A stretch of 64,000 nt of DNA from Antedon mediterranea (Eukaryota; Animalia; Echinodermata): contig NC_092677.1 in the NCBI RefSeq assembly GCF_964355755.1, positions 12,174,101 through 12,238,100 on the forward strand. The letters are read 5' to 3'. Positions 36,401 to 51,400 of this stretch are shown piece after piece. A program made the position numbers and the translations under genes. Under the pieces are notes generated by a model that was not told where the DNA came from, did no database searches, and saw nothing but the letters and a program-made list of their open reading frames with translations. The stretch's first letter is position 1. The number at the start of each line of letters is the position of its first letter.

Positions 36401-39400
36401 GGGTCATCTTTAGATAGCGTCGGGCATAGTTTTTAGGTCGTCGCGAGAACTTTAAACTTGTTTTATCTTCTCCCGAGACGACTCGTCGGGCCCCATTATA
36501 TGACGCTAAGTTGGCCTTACGTAACAGCAAAGAAGACCCTTATGCAAGTGACCCCAAAAAGTAGCACATATTTAGATAGTGTAAAAAGAAGCTTCAATTT
36601 GTGCTGAACACAAATGAAATAAAATAAATTAAGCGCTCAGGAACTATGCAAAATACTTGGCAAAATAGGGGGAATACTATTTAATATTTTAAATAAAATT
36701 GAAGATACAGGTAACTCAACTCAACTTAATATAATAAGCTTTTGTGAAGTCATCAATATATATGTTCTATTATCATTATGAAACGATAGTTTTAAAATTA
36801 TGGATGGATTGTGTCGTGTAAACAAAAAAACAAAGCAAGTATTATATTCTTTGGCATGGTAACAAACTTCCTTACTCAGAGCACTCCATGGACTGTGTCC
36901 AATATCCATCTCATAGAATTCTTTTACATTTCGTCTATGATAGCCAATGAAATAGTTGTTCTTCAGATATGGCATCAGTGTATTAAGTTCCTCTTGAGTA
37001 TTAATGACAAGTAAGCTAGAATCAAGCTGTCGGCAAACTTCCATTGCATTGTGATAATTTAACTCATTATCATGATGATAGTAGCAGGAATGTTGAAAGT
37101 ACATGAAATTATTTGGGCAGGCATCTATAATTATGAAAGAATTGATTAAAAAAAAATTTACTACATATAAAAAGTTGCTTACAAAGCCAGATGGCAATTG
37201 TAGGTGAATGAACTAAAATCCAATTTTATTACAATACATGTTTAGATGATACATTGCTTGTGATTGGTCAAAATACTTGAATGCATGTATGTTCTTGCAT
37301 TCTCCTAATAAAGATATATTTCAACCGCCGTCCAGAACAACTGTGATTGTCTTTAAAACGGTACCAGGATAGTATACAAATAATGAATATTTATGAGCTG
37401 GATGGTGAGAATATTTCATGAGTTGAAATATTGATGGAGCCAAGATTAAAAAGATTAAATAGATAAATAGACAGTAGATACATTATTTATTTTTTAACAC
37501 ACCTACTGTTCTAACATAATGGAGTATAGAGATGTTATATATAACATGCACTACAGGTTGATTTTTTAAGGTAACTCAGTCAACGACGTCGGGTGGCAAC
37601 AAATTCTCTAAATGTTTACAAAAAGCTGAAAATGTTTAAAACTATTAATTAATAAAATTAGAATTTTTTAATAGAACTACAACCGAATGGCATGTATTGA
37701 AAGAATAGAAAGAATACACTCAGGTTTGTGTTATAAATTTACTCTTGGATGTTTGGCAGTGCTTTCAAGATATCTACTATACTAACTTACCTATTTGACA
37801 CATAGTTACAGAACTATCTTGATTCTGATCAGTTTGTTGATTTGTGGCCCATCCTGAATAAAGCTTATTATTGTTAATAATCAATACAATGATAAATATG
37901 ATGCATAGAAAATTTACAAAAAAATATTTGATTAGTTTTGAATTTAGATTTTATACCAATAAAATGTTGATATCTTGATGAAACCAGTTTGAAAATAGAA
38001 ACTCACCATCTAAGTACTGAGGCAGCTTTTCTCCATCACAAGTGATCTCTGTAAATGTATCTTTGTGACCTTTATCAGAGTAACCTAATGATATCTCGTT
38101 ACGATATTCTTTAAGATTAGCCATATCCTCTGCATTCTTGAAGATTGGTAAGGTAGCTCCATACTCACTTTGACAGAATTGGTTAGCCTCACGCCAGGTT
38201 CGATCTTTATTAAATTTCTTCCTGCATACATCTCCCTGAAGTGTCCATGTTTTAGGACAACGTTCTAAAATTTGTTTTAAATAAAATTAAAATGCTGTCA
38301 TTAGGGTTACTTTTCAACTATTACTTTTTCTCTCTTGTAGATTTCAATACCTCTATCTAATTGTAGTGCTATTAAAGTGCTATTGTTCCTTCTCTCCAAG
38401 AATACATAAGACTTCTTTTAGCCTTATTCTCAGACTTTTAAAAACCCTTTGCTTAACCTGGAATGAAATTCTGTATTGTTAGATTGATTTTCATATATAT
38501 TTATATAAAATTCTGTGCTATCTCTATGGATGTGAATTCCAAATTCAAAGATGAATTAAAATAACTATTTTTGAAGATTAAGATTTTCTCACTGTTTTTC
38601 ATATTATTATTATTAGTAGCATGTTTGCAGATACAGGGCCTGTTCAGACCTACGGAGTTGCTTTCGTATTTTACGTGACATACAACTCCATAGGTCTGAA
38701 CCAGGAAAAGATTAGTGGAAGCCACCTCGTATGACACTGATCTTTCGTTCGTTACTACAGCTCAAGGTACAGGATTAGTGAAGTCCGCTTACGATACGGA
38801 AGTCATGCATCATGACCTCTAACCAATCAAATTTACTCCTGCATACCAGATGTTAACCCAAATCGGTAGATAGGCAAATCTGAACACTTTGCTGTTACAA
38901 CGCTAATTATAATATGACATTGCTTGCAATACAAAAGCATAACTCCATGGATCTGAACATACCCTGTGTCAGTTTACAGCATATTTATACTATTACTGTC
39001 CTAATATCCCAAATGGTGGAGCCAGGATTTTGGTCCAAGGATTAAAATAAAAAAAAGTGCTGAACTATAAACCAAATGTTCTATTTTTTGTATTGAATTG
39101 TTTTTGCCACGAGAATATACTAGTTAAATAATCTTAAGTGGCTGCATATTAGCAGTTAGTATTAGTTTGAATGTCAGTTTTGGCAACTTTTTCCAGTAAT
39201 TTTTATTTATGTTCAGTTCTTCTGGAAACACAAATTGTGCGACATAAAGTGGTGTAAAGTATTATTGCTACAGTTCACAAGCCAGTGTTTTGGTTTATGA
39301 GAGATAGTCTTTTCTGTATCTTGGTTCTAATATAGGAACAGTCATATTACACTGTTTTTATACTATATCACATAGACTTTTTTCTGTTCTACCATGACTT

Positions 39401-42400
39401 ACCGACTTTACAGACCCAATTCCCCTCTTCACTACAATCAATCGAATACCAGTGTCTGTTCGTCCTTTCCATAGCTGTACAGGTTTTGTGTTGTACTGGA
39501 TTATTTATCTTCCAGTCTGAAAGAAAAAAAAAGAAACTGAGGAGTATATCCTTATCACATCTCATTTCAAGTTGCAACCAGGTTTATGTAGTGTGAAAGA
39601 AATTTCCAGAGACCTGTTCACTACGGTGGCATATAGGTATGGGTTAACAACCTTAAGTGGGATACACACATTGGTGAGATCGTTAGCAAGGCCAATAAAG
39701 CCATGCATATTGTGTCGGTACTTAAAAGGTTTGGTGCACCAGAAGATCGGTTTAATCAAGATTTATAAATCTTTTATACGCCCCATAATTGAATATGCTT
39801 GCCCAACCTGGCACTCCTCCCTGACTTCCGAATTAAGCTTTGACCTGGAATCGGTCCAGAAGAGGTTTTTAAGAATTGTACTAGGGAGGAGGTACTATTC
39901 GTACACTGCAGCCCTATAAAGGAATTTTCTCTTGATAGGCTCTGTGACCGTCGTCTCCAGCTTGTTCTGAAGTTTGGGAGGAGTGTCCATGAAAAATTTA
40001 GTAATATTATCCCCAATACCCGTGCTGAAGCGACAGATAGATCTCTCAGAAACGCAAACAAAATATCCCAAATTAAATGTAGAACAGAGAGATTTAAGAA
40101 ATCCACACTCCCATTCCTGATTAACAATGACCTTATAGTGCAATAATATATATATATGAAATTCGTCATTTTGATAGATAGGCCTACGGATAATTAATAA
40201 TTTTACTCGCAGTTTTTTAATTTGTAATTGTATATTCTTTATTTTTTTTAATGCATTTATGTATATATATATATATATTTTTATAGTAGATGGTTGTGTA
40301 ATTTTGCTCGTTTTTGATATATATCTTTGTAAATTTGTAATTGTATATTCTTTATTTTTTTTAATGCATTTTTGTATATACTAGATGGCACGCTCGCTTC
40401 GCTCGCGTACCATCTAGGGGTGCTCACAGATGGTTCTCGAATACAGTAGAATCCACGGACGGGGACTTTTTTGGGACACTAAACAAAAACGGAAGTGTCC
40501 CCCTAATTGGGGTATTCAGAAATAGAGACAACAAAACCAATACTGGATTCCATAAAGGACAATTAATTTATGTGGATTAAAGAAATTAGGGAGAAATGGA
40601 AATGTATGTACGGGAATTGGGCGGCGGCACGTGGTGGTGGTGATGGAACCGCAGTAATAAAGTTGATTGTATTTATATATTATAAGAACCAAACTAAATA
40701 AATAGACCTAGACATTCTGCGAAATGGAAATCGGAAATTCAAGCTGCTATTCAGTGAAAAATTAAACTGTAGTCTACCTAAATATTTAGGGCAAATCATC
40801 GGTTGTGGTGTTGAACTTCCTGTAAACATTTGTGTGAACCAAACTGGGTCGAATTTCTGTCATGAGTACTGATTTGTTGGCCTGTGATTTATGACGCCTA
40901 AGGGATCTATCTAGACTTATTTTTTAGAATAATGTACGTACCTGTCAGATACAATTGTCTTGTGTCGTATAATAAATAAGTACTGTAATAGTTACTGAAG
41001 TTACTATTACAATCTCGTCAATGAAAACACGAAAATGTATATGCACTTACTTATGAAAACGTATACAGTATTATACTCAGTTATTGAAACAGTAGGTTTA
41101 AAAAAGTTTCGTTTGTCTGTAAAATGATGTAATCAAGCTGTTTACATGAGTCTTAATTTATAAGCACATCAATAATAAAATAGTTTATCTATCCTGTAAT
41201 TGGCGAGATTATGGTCGCTGTTGAATGAAATAAAGCCAATCGGTATCATATTTGTACAGAAACGTTTTCGCGGCCGAAGGGTGTAACCTAAATTCGTTGT
41301 ATTATCGTCAAGAACTAACTGTAACTAAACTTACATAGAAAGTAGGGTATCATAAATTTGGCCTTAGCACTCGGGGGAGTGGCTAAGATGAAGTCCGTGG
41401 GACTACTAAATATAAATTGTAATGAACCTCGAGGGACATAAATAGGAATATTTCATGTTTCATTATCAATGTATAATAAATGGAAACTGTTTACCGATTC
41501 AAATAATAGAAATTGGTTTTTTAACATTTTCCGAACCTATTGCAAGTTTATTCTCAAAGGGCCCATATATTTACCTACCGTATGTGTTAAACCAAGGGCT
41601 CATAAATTTACCTACAGTACTTGTGTTAAACCAAACTGGATGTTCCATTCATCGCAAATCAATACATTTGTATAATCGTATATTAAATCTATCAAAATAG
41701 TATTTTTTAAAGAAAATCGGCCTGTCTTCAACATTATGATGGTGTACTCTAGCAATCTATCAAAATAGTATTTTTAAAAGAAAATCGGCCTGTCTTCAAC
41801 ATTATGATGGTGTACTCTAGCTGTTCAACCGGTTTTCAGCTATTAAAAACAATTATCGTAGGAGGAGATAGGAAAATGCGAAGCCTCCTCGCTATGTAAC
41901 ATTAGGGTTGAGGGATGGGAAAGCGGATAGGTACAAAGAGGAACAATTTTTAAATATATTCTTTATCCACTGAGTAACGAAATATTTTGTTCATGTTTTA
42001 TAGGCCTATAAATAATATACCTCTAAATACAGTAGGCCTAAAACATTTGCGATTTAATACTTTGTTAAAACTGTCACTGTCATAATCGATTGAAATATTA
42101 AAGTACATGTCACGATACACCACTACGACGTTTATATTTTTGGTAATTATTAATTAATACAAACGTTGAGAAGGAACTGTCAGTATAAAGTTTATTTGTA
42201 TATCTAACAGTAGAGCCTATCCACAGTCTCAGTAATAAAGTTTATTTGTATATATTTTTATATTACATCTAACAGTACGAACATTCACAGTAAGAAATGT
42301 TCGATTCAAATGAAAAATAGTTAATAGGTATTTACAGTATTGTCAAAGTATTGCAAGTTTATTCTCAAAGGGCCCATATATTTACCTACCGTATGTGTTA

Positions 42401-45400
42401 AACCAAGGGCTCATAAATTTACCTACAGTACTTGTGTTAAGCCAAACTCTGGCAGACTGAGAGATTGGGATGTTCCATTCATCGCAAATCAATACATTTG
42501 TATAATCGTATATTAAATCTATCAAAATAGTATTTTTTAAAAAAAATCGGCCTGTCTTCAACATTATGATGGTGTACTCTAGCTGTTCAACCGGTTTTCA
42601 GCTATTAAAAACAATTATCGTAGGAGGAGATAGAAAAATGCGAAGCCTCCTCGCATTTTTTTGGCGGGTATTTTTCAAGACGGACATCCATTAGACAGTG
42701 TATACCACGATCGGAAAACACCCCTATTTGGGGCAAATCTTTGAACCTAAATTCGTTTTAATCGTCAATAACTAATTATCTAACTCAATTTAATTAGTAA
42801 ACAGGGTTACATCAGGCGGTTAAAATCAGTACCGAAAGTACGAACCAACTTTACATACCATCGAGTGAAAATTCTAGAAGTAAGGCGCGATTTACCGAAT
42901 TTTGCCCTTACGTAAATTTATATATAGATATATATATATATTTTTATAGTAGATGGTTGTGTAATTTTGCTCGTTTTTGATATATATCTTTGTAAATTTG
43001 TAATTGTATATTCTTTATTTTTTTTAATGCATTTTTGTATATATATATATATTTTTATATTGGATGTTTGTGTACATTTTGCTCGTTTTTGATATATTTT
43101 TATGTTTATGTTACTGGACGCAATTCAGTTTTGTACTGCCATGTCTTTGTTTTTAATAAACCAGAATTTAAAAAAAATAAATAAATAAAAACAAAATATT
43201 TTAGCTCTTATTATCATCATTTTTTTTTATCATTATCATTATTATTGTTATACTATATTTCTGTACAGACTAAAAGACTTAGGAATATTTCACTTTAGAG
43301 GCAAACGTGCTGGCAAAAAATCAAACAAAAATAGAAGTAGTTCAAAGAATTCTAGGTTACATACCGGTACTAACTACAATGAAAGGAAGTTCCATAAATG
43401 GAAAGCAGGTCAAATTAATGTAAGAACAGCATCAGATGACTTTGTCCTAAATGAAATCATTGATGACTGTACAGATGCTAATTAGACATAGCATGTATGC
43501 AGGAGATGAGAAGAATAGGTAGTGGGTCCATATGTCATAAGGGATATAATGTGTATTGGACAGGAAACAAAACAAAGACAATGTTTGGTGTAGGATAGCC
43601 ATTAGACAATCTAAAGCAATAACTTTAACAGAAATAAAACATACATCAGAAAGAATGATGGCTACTGATCTTGCTGTAAAGAACTGTAAACTTAGAGTCA
43701 TTAGTGCATATGCACCCACAGAATACAGTCCACTATCAAAAAAGGAATCATTTTATCAGAAACTCCAAGAAATTAGTAAAGTGGAAAAAGGAAGTTATTG
43801 ATTCTAGGCGATTTCAATGCTACGTCAACAATGACAACCAGCAAAACATGCTTTGAAGGTTTTTCTTATCCAGGTAAAAGAAATGACTGGTCCAATGAAA
43901 ACGGACAGATGCTCCTGGACTTCTGTTCCATACACAGATTATCCGGCATCCTAAATACTTGGTTTGAGCATCCATTAAAACACAGAATAACATGGCAAAG
44001 CAATGACGGATGAACAAAAAAAGTAATTGACTACAGTATAAGTGATTCCTGGATTAGAAATTTTGTCAAAGATGTTAGGGTATATAATTCATATTTCCAA
44101 TCAGATCATCGTCTAATAATTACCGTACTTGAAACACCAGCAAATAAAGCTGCAAGATGGAAACCAAGAAAACGGATACTCGGTACAAAAAGTACAAAAC
44201 CAGACATGAACATCAAAGGACATCATTGTAAGGAAAGACGTAATACAATCTATGACGTTAACAACCCAACACAAAGGAACACCCAAGATGAGAAACATGA
44301 CTTTCTGACATCATCTCTAAAGAAAGCACAGATCTTATACCAAAATTGAAAAAACACAAACAAAGCTACCCATGGGATGATGATCAAGAACTTCAACAAC
44401 TGATAGAATCTAGGAAAGAGATAAGAAATAAATATGAAAATGATACTCGAGAACACACAAGGAACCTACAAAAGAGAATTAAAAGCAGAGTCAACATGCT
44501 AAGAAACGATTACTATAAATGTAAAGCAAATGAAATTAATGAAGCAACACAAAACAGGAGAGTTGTTGAACAATGGTGACAAGCAAAAGAACATGCAGAA
44601 ATAATAAGAAAGAAACCAAAACAAATGAAATGTCCTGGAATACAAGAATATTTCAAAGATCATTTTAACCCAGACCAATCCACACTCAAGATGCCGATAG
44701 AAATAAAAGATCCACCAAATTATATCAAAAAGCTTCAAAACCAAACCATGGTAATAAACAACGAAATGCCATCTGGAAATCTGGAAGAAGAAAGGTAGTC
44801 CATCAGACCCATCAAAATACAGAGGTATATCAATTGGTTCCACATTGACTAAGGTTGCTATGAACATCATACTTGATCGTCTATCACCATTCTACGAGGA
44901 AAACTCATGCATACTCAGTTTGGCTTCCGATCAGGAAAAGGATGCAGTGACGGCATATACGTATGTAGACAACTTCAAGAAATCGCACACAGAATACAGC
45001 GAAAATTGTTTTCAGGCTTTATCGATCTCACAGCAGCATATGACCACGTCAACAGAGAATTCCTGTTCCAAAGCATAAAAAACAGAATACATTATACACA
45101 GCCAACTACTAATGTAAACATATTGGAGTCCCTGTATAGATGCACACAATCATACCTAGCAGAAGAAGGCCCAGACTCTCAATTTACAGCAGGTGTTCGA
45201 CAAGGTGGTAACGAGAGTCCTAACCTGTTCAACCTCTACATTATGCCCTTAGAGTGTTAACATATCGTTACCAGCAAGATGCTACTACCAGAGGTTTAGA
45301 AATCAAATACCGTGTTCCAATCATAGCAACCAACAGGGAACAAAGAAGAACATCACCCATGTGTGGCACATATACAGACCTTGTTGCTGGATATGCTGAT

Positions 45401-48400
45401 GATCTAGTAACATTTGCAATCTATGGTAAATCTTATACATCTGGTTTTCAACGAATATGGTCTCCAGATTAACATATCTAAAACGGAGACCATGGTGTAT
45501 AACTGGCAAAAAGATGATGGAGAATATCCAACCTCTATTATCAACATCAATGGCACAAATCTGCATAATGTAAACACATTTAAATACCTAGGAGTCTGGA
45601 TGACCTATGATAATATCAACATAGGAAAACAGGAAATTCATCATAGAATAATATGTGCTAAGGCTGCTTTTGCTGAACATAAAAAACTCCTGACAAATCA
45701 AATCATTAACCTTAGAACAAGAATCAAATTCCTGAACGGATTGGTTAGAAGCAGACTGATGTACGGTTGTTATGCTTGGAGACCAATAAACACTGAAATT
45801 GGACTAATAACAACAACGTACAATAGATTCCTCAGGAGGATGATTAAAAATGGTTTCAGGCCCACCAGACAAACATACACAATCAGACGATGAGAAAGAA
45901 ATAGAGTCTGAGGAAGAAGAAGAACAACAGGAAACTGATTGGCGGTACGTTGTCAATAACCAGAGGCTCTACGCAATAACCAACACGATATCAGTATTTG
46001 AATTCTACCAACAACAGCAATCTAACTGGATTTCACACTGTATTCGGAGACAGAACTATGATCCCTGCAAAGTTCTTACATTTTATGACCAAAAAAGTAA
46101 ATTAATAGGAAGACCGAGCCCAAGTATACTCCAGAGAACTATAAACGCTAGTCAACTAGACCGAGAAGACTATATAAGGAAGTGCTTCCAACATCTTTTA
46201 TAGAAGACAATAACTACCATGTCCAATAGTCATTAAGTTGATTAATTTTATGTCTTGATGTTTAATTTTAATTTTAAATGTAAATAGACTGGGTAATCAT
46301 CAGGAATAGTCCTGAACAGGGAGATGAGCGCCCCTGCCCACCGATGAGTTTCGGGATCCCTTTGACCCGGAGGGAGAGTACCCGTCAGGGTCCCTACCTA
46401 GGGTTACAGGTCCCAGGTTTTAGTTGTTTTAATTAGTGTTCCATGACCTTCTCATCAAAATTAATGTCTCTCCTTGTTGTGCTATAGTCATTTAGTCATA
46501 TAGTCATAGTCATATATACTTTATTGTCCATTTAAAAAAACAGAAATGTGATTTGAAAACTGGCAAAATACAAAAATATAAATATAAAATACAATTTACA
46601 AAACACACACAAAAAGTTAAGAGGCTAAAAATTGTTAAAATTAGATAAATATTATTATATGATTTATTATTATATTGCACTAACGATGATTTGTAAAAAT
46701 ACATGCGTGAGCTTTAAAATTAAACAAAAGCGGTTACGTTTTATCTTTGTACTCTGGAGTTATATAAGTGTATAGCATTAGGTACAAACGAGCACCTAAA
46801 CCGTTTTGTTTTGGTATTAAGTGCACGTAGTCTTATGCCAGAATTCATGAGGGCAAATTGTTTGTGAAGAGCATGTGTTTCATCATCAATGATACTTTTT
46901 ACTTTTTTTAACACATTTTCTTTATACAAGGATTCAACATCAGGTAAGTGCTCTCCTACTAGTCTAATTGCTCTATTTCCTATTCGATTAAGTTTAATTT
47001 TATCTTTTTGCATTGTATTACCATAAAAACAAACATTACAAAAAAGTATTACACTGAGAATTACAGAGTTATAAAACAATTTAAGTATAGTTTTGTCAAT
47101 TTGTAGGTACTTCATTTTTCTTAAAATAAATATCCTTTGGTTGGCTTTGCATGTGGCTTTATTTATATTATTTATCCAATTTTTAGCTTATTGTCAATTA
47201 TACAACCCAGATATTTGTACTCATTTACTACTTCAATCTCATTTTCATTTATAATCAGAGGTTCTAAGGGTTCTTTAATTTTCCTAAATTGTTTTCTTTA
47301 TGTTTAGTTTCAGGTTGTTATTGCAGCACCAGTGATAAAAATCACATCCTAGTTGTCTATAGCTTGTTTCATCATTGCCAGTAATGTATCCAGTGATGAC
47401 TGTGTCATCTGCATATTTTATTATACAACATTCATTTGAATTGGCTCTGAAACTGCTGGTGAACAGTGAAAACAACATTGGGGAGATAACAGACCCTTGT
47501 GGCGTGCCAATGCTAACAGTTCTTTTATCAGATAAAATACCGTTTAGTTTAACATACTGGAACCTTTTTGTTAAGAAATTATATATCCATGAAGTCAATG
47601 TGTCGTTTACGCTCATTTCTTTAAGTTTGCGTACTAATGAACCAGGTTCAATGGTATTAAAAGCACTAGAAAAATCTATATACAAACATCTTACATATGA
47701 TTTAGGCACATCTAAATGTTGGTAAATATTATGTAAGTGGAAGAGCACAGCATCTTCAACACTTCTATTACTCCGATAGGCAAATTGGAGAGGATCGAGA
47801 AAAAATTTGGTCTGATCAAGCAACTGCCTGAGTACAATCTTTTTTAGGCACTTACCAACATTGGATGTGATAGCTATTGGCCTATAGTCATTAAGTTCCT
47901 TGGGATTTTTTATCTTAGGAATTGGTGAGATACAGGCCGTTTTCCATTGATTGGGCACTGTACCACTTGCTAAACTCTCATTAAAAAGTTTGGTATATAT
48001 CGGTGCCAACTCTTGGTTGCAGTATTTAATAACACGATTTCCAATTCCATCAGGGCCAGTACTTTTACCAGGCTTTACTTTGGTGAATACATTATGCACA
48101 TCAACTACATTTATGATTGCATTGTTTACTAATGAAGTCTCATTTTCGCAGATTACTGTGTCTTCATTTTCATTTTTGGTAACTAATATCTCGGATTCAA
48201 AACGACGGAAAAAGTTGTTTAAGTCATTAGCGAAGTTTTCACTTCCATGTACACCCAATATGGTTTCTTTGTAGCCGGTTAGTGTTTTAATTGCTTTCCA
48301 TGCTGCTTTAGGATTTTTGTCTTTAAATTTATTTTCTAGTGTTTTTTTGTATAAGTTCAGTTTGCTATTTTTATACACTTGTTTATTTCCTTTTGAATTT

Positions 48401-51400
48401 CTTTGACTTTAGGAGTATCTTTTCCTATGCGCTATACGCTTATCTTGTAACAGTTTCCTTAGTTGGTTAGAGATCCATGGTTTTTCATTTGCATACATCT
48501 TTTTTGTTACTTTAGGTATAACCATATCAACACAAAAGGATATGTATGATGAGATTGTAGATACACTTACATCAAGAGTATCATCATCATGAGTATCATC
48601 AACATCGAGCATAATATCCCAATCAGTACATGCTAGACAGCCACGCAACTTTTCAACCACCTCTGTACTCCACAACTGCTGGTTTTGACTGTTTTAATTT
48701 TGACTTGTATTTTGGCATAATATGTATATTGTTATGATCAGAATTTCCAAGTTTTGAACAGATTTTGCTTGTGTATGCATTTTTCACATTGCAGTAGCAT
48801 AAGTCCAGTGTAGCACTGCCTCTTGTTTCTACAGAGATTGCTTGTTCATAAGTAGGTAGCACATCCTTAAAAGGGCATTTGTTGAAGTCTCCTAGAATTA
48901 TTTGTGGAGCATCCGGTGCCATTGTTTCATACCGGTGAACAGTACTGGAAATAGTCTCACTCGCATTATCAATATTTGCATTTGGGTGTATGTAGCACAC
49001 GGTAAGGACAATTTTAGAAAATTCTCATGGTAGATAGAAGGGTCTTGCACTTATGGTCAGTAATTCTATATCCGGCGTACAGAGTTGTTCACGTATCCTC
49101 CAGTTACTACACCATGCTTTATTTATATAAAAACATACTCCTCCTCCTCGTTTTTTCCCCGACCCTACAGTTCTATCCGCTCTAGCTAATTCAAAATTAC
49201 TTAGTACTAGTTCGCTGTCAATAATATTATTATTAAGCCATGTCTCTGTGAAACACATCACTGAGACTTCTCTGTATTCAAACATATGTTTAGAACATGC
49301 TCGGAGTTCGTCGATTTTATTTGACAGAGATCTCACATTTCCTAAAATCATCGATGGAAGTGGAGGTTTAGACTTACGTTTTCTAAGGCGCTTTCGAATA
49401 CCTCCACCTTTACCCCTTTTCCTTAACTTCCCGTGGAAACTGACAATAGTCTTCAGGTTTCGGGCTATCGTGACGCCTGAGCCGCAACAGTTCATTCCTG
49501 GCGTAGGATATTGCAATTGATAAAGGCCTAGGCCTAGACATATTTGATACAGAAATCGGCGTGTACAAACAACTCAGAAAAAGACAGACGCATATATAAG
49601 TTCCTAAAAACATCTAGAGAAACGTACAGACAGAAAAGTATATATAATGGGTGCATAAAGTGAGAAAAAGAACAATCTTATAGACAAATTTGCCAAAAGT
49701 CTGGTCGCCACAGTGCAGCGCCCTATGTCAACATAATGTCAATGACGGCGAAATGTCCCCAATAATGGGGATAGCTATGCAAACAAGTAACAAGTAAGTT
49801 ATATGTCAACAACATACAATTGTTTATTTATGATGAACATATTGGTTATGATCAAATAAAGATCGAAACGTAGAATCATTGCCTCTCATTATTTGGAGTC
49901 AGTTTTATACTATGTTATTTAAACATAATCAGTGCAGCTATACTATTGGTTTTTGGTTGATTAATATTTTGTCTCTTTAGTTTTATTTTGGTACTTACGT
50001 TTGTAGTCAAGACCTATGTCAACTCCATCCCATTTCATAGTCCCGTGTGATGAGCGATAGAGTCCCAAGATGGTGGATGATTGTTGATACATGTTCTCTG
50101 CAATAAAATAATTTTCCTCTTTGGATTCAATGTAGACCATAAACGAATGTTTTTCAGCGCAAATGGTTGAGATGTCTTCTTTAGTTTTGGTATCATTCCC
50201 AAAAATGTACAGACTGTTGCCAAACTCTTCCTGTTTTTCCAATGCTAAAAAAAAAGAGGAATATGTTAAAAATCATTTTTATACTTTGCTATGTACAGTA
50301 CAATTTATCTCATCCTTCTTTTGGAATCCTTCTATTCAGGGAACTTTATTAAGAGGACATTCTAATGTGAAACAAACAGAGACAATATATACTTCAAGCT
50401 ACTTGCAAATCACACCCGGAGAAAAATATTGTGGAAAATGAGTTCAGTAGTAAAGCATAAGATTGTTCACACCAAATTCGTACCTGATTCGGGCTCCAAA
50501 TTCATAGTGATGGATCAGAAAGTCATTTGTATTTTGAAACCAGCAGTGAGTATGAATGACCAACACTCGCGATATTTTTCTCAGGGGGCGGGAACGAATC
50601 ACGAGTAGCAATATCGTCGACCCATGTTCAGGGGGACACTGTGTTAGGTCCTGAAGGTGTCCCTTTGATAGAGATTCTAATGTGAACAACAGTTGGTAAT
50701 CCTGATTTAGAGTAAAGCTCTTTCATCAAACTTTATGTGAAAAAAAAGTGTGATGTGCCCATATATGGACATGATGATGTCAAATCACTACCATATTTAA
50801 GCATATCACTACCATATCTGGGCACATCATACTTTTTTGACAAACTAGTTTGATAGTGTAGACAAAGCTTTACTCACACAGGCAACAAATCTACTGACAT
50901 AGATCCTGCAATTCCAATACAATCATTATTTTATATTTATTATTTACCTCCGCCAAGGAGGTATATGTAATCGGTAGCGTGTGTTTGTTTGTTTGTTAGC
51001 AGGATTACTCAAAAAGTAATTACAAAATCTTCACCAAAATGAATATACAGATAGATATGTGGTCAAGGACCATTCCATTAAATTTTGGGACCACTTTTTA
51101 GTATACTTTTCAGACCTGCTAGTGTTAGAGTGAAAGAGTCTTTAGATACAGATAAACTAACTAACGTTGACACTTTTAAACGATGGGGGCTTATTGCAGA
51201 CGTCTGTAAAGATGCAGCAATAAATGTAGTAGGATTTAAAGAAACTCGAAGAGCAAATAAAATACAAAATGATGAAATTAAGAAACTTTCTCAGAAACAA
51301 AAGAAACTTAGGCTAGAAATAAATGCATGCAAACAAAATGATGATAGGATTAAAATGAAAAAACAACGAAATATAGTACTTAAGGAAATTCATAGTAAGA

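Noticed and set aside
46300-46460. Hammerhead ribozyme on the minus strand (ctgacgg...cgaaac; ctgatga)
   Set aside because: The core is not CUGANGA followed by a pairable stem II and GAAA, and no properly placed NUH site was found.
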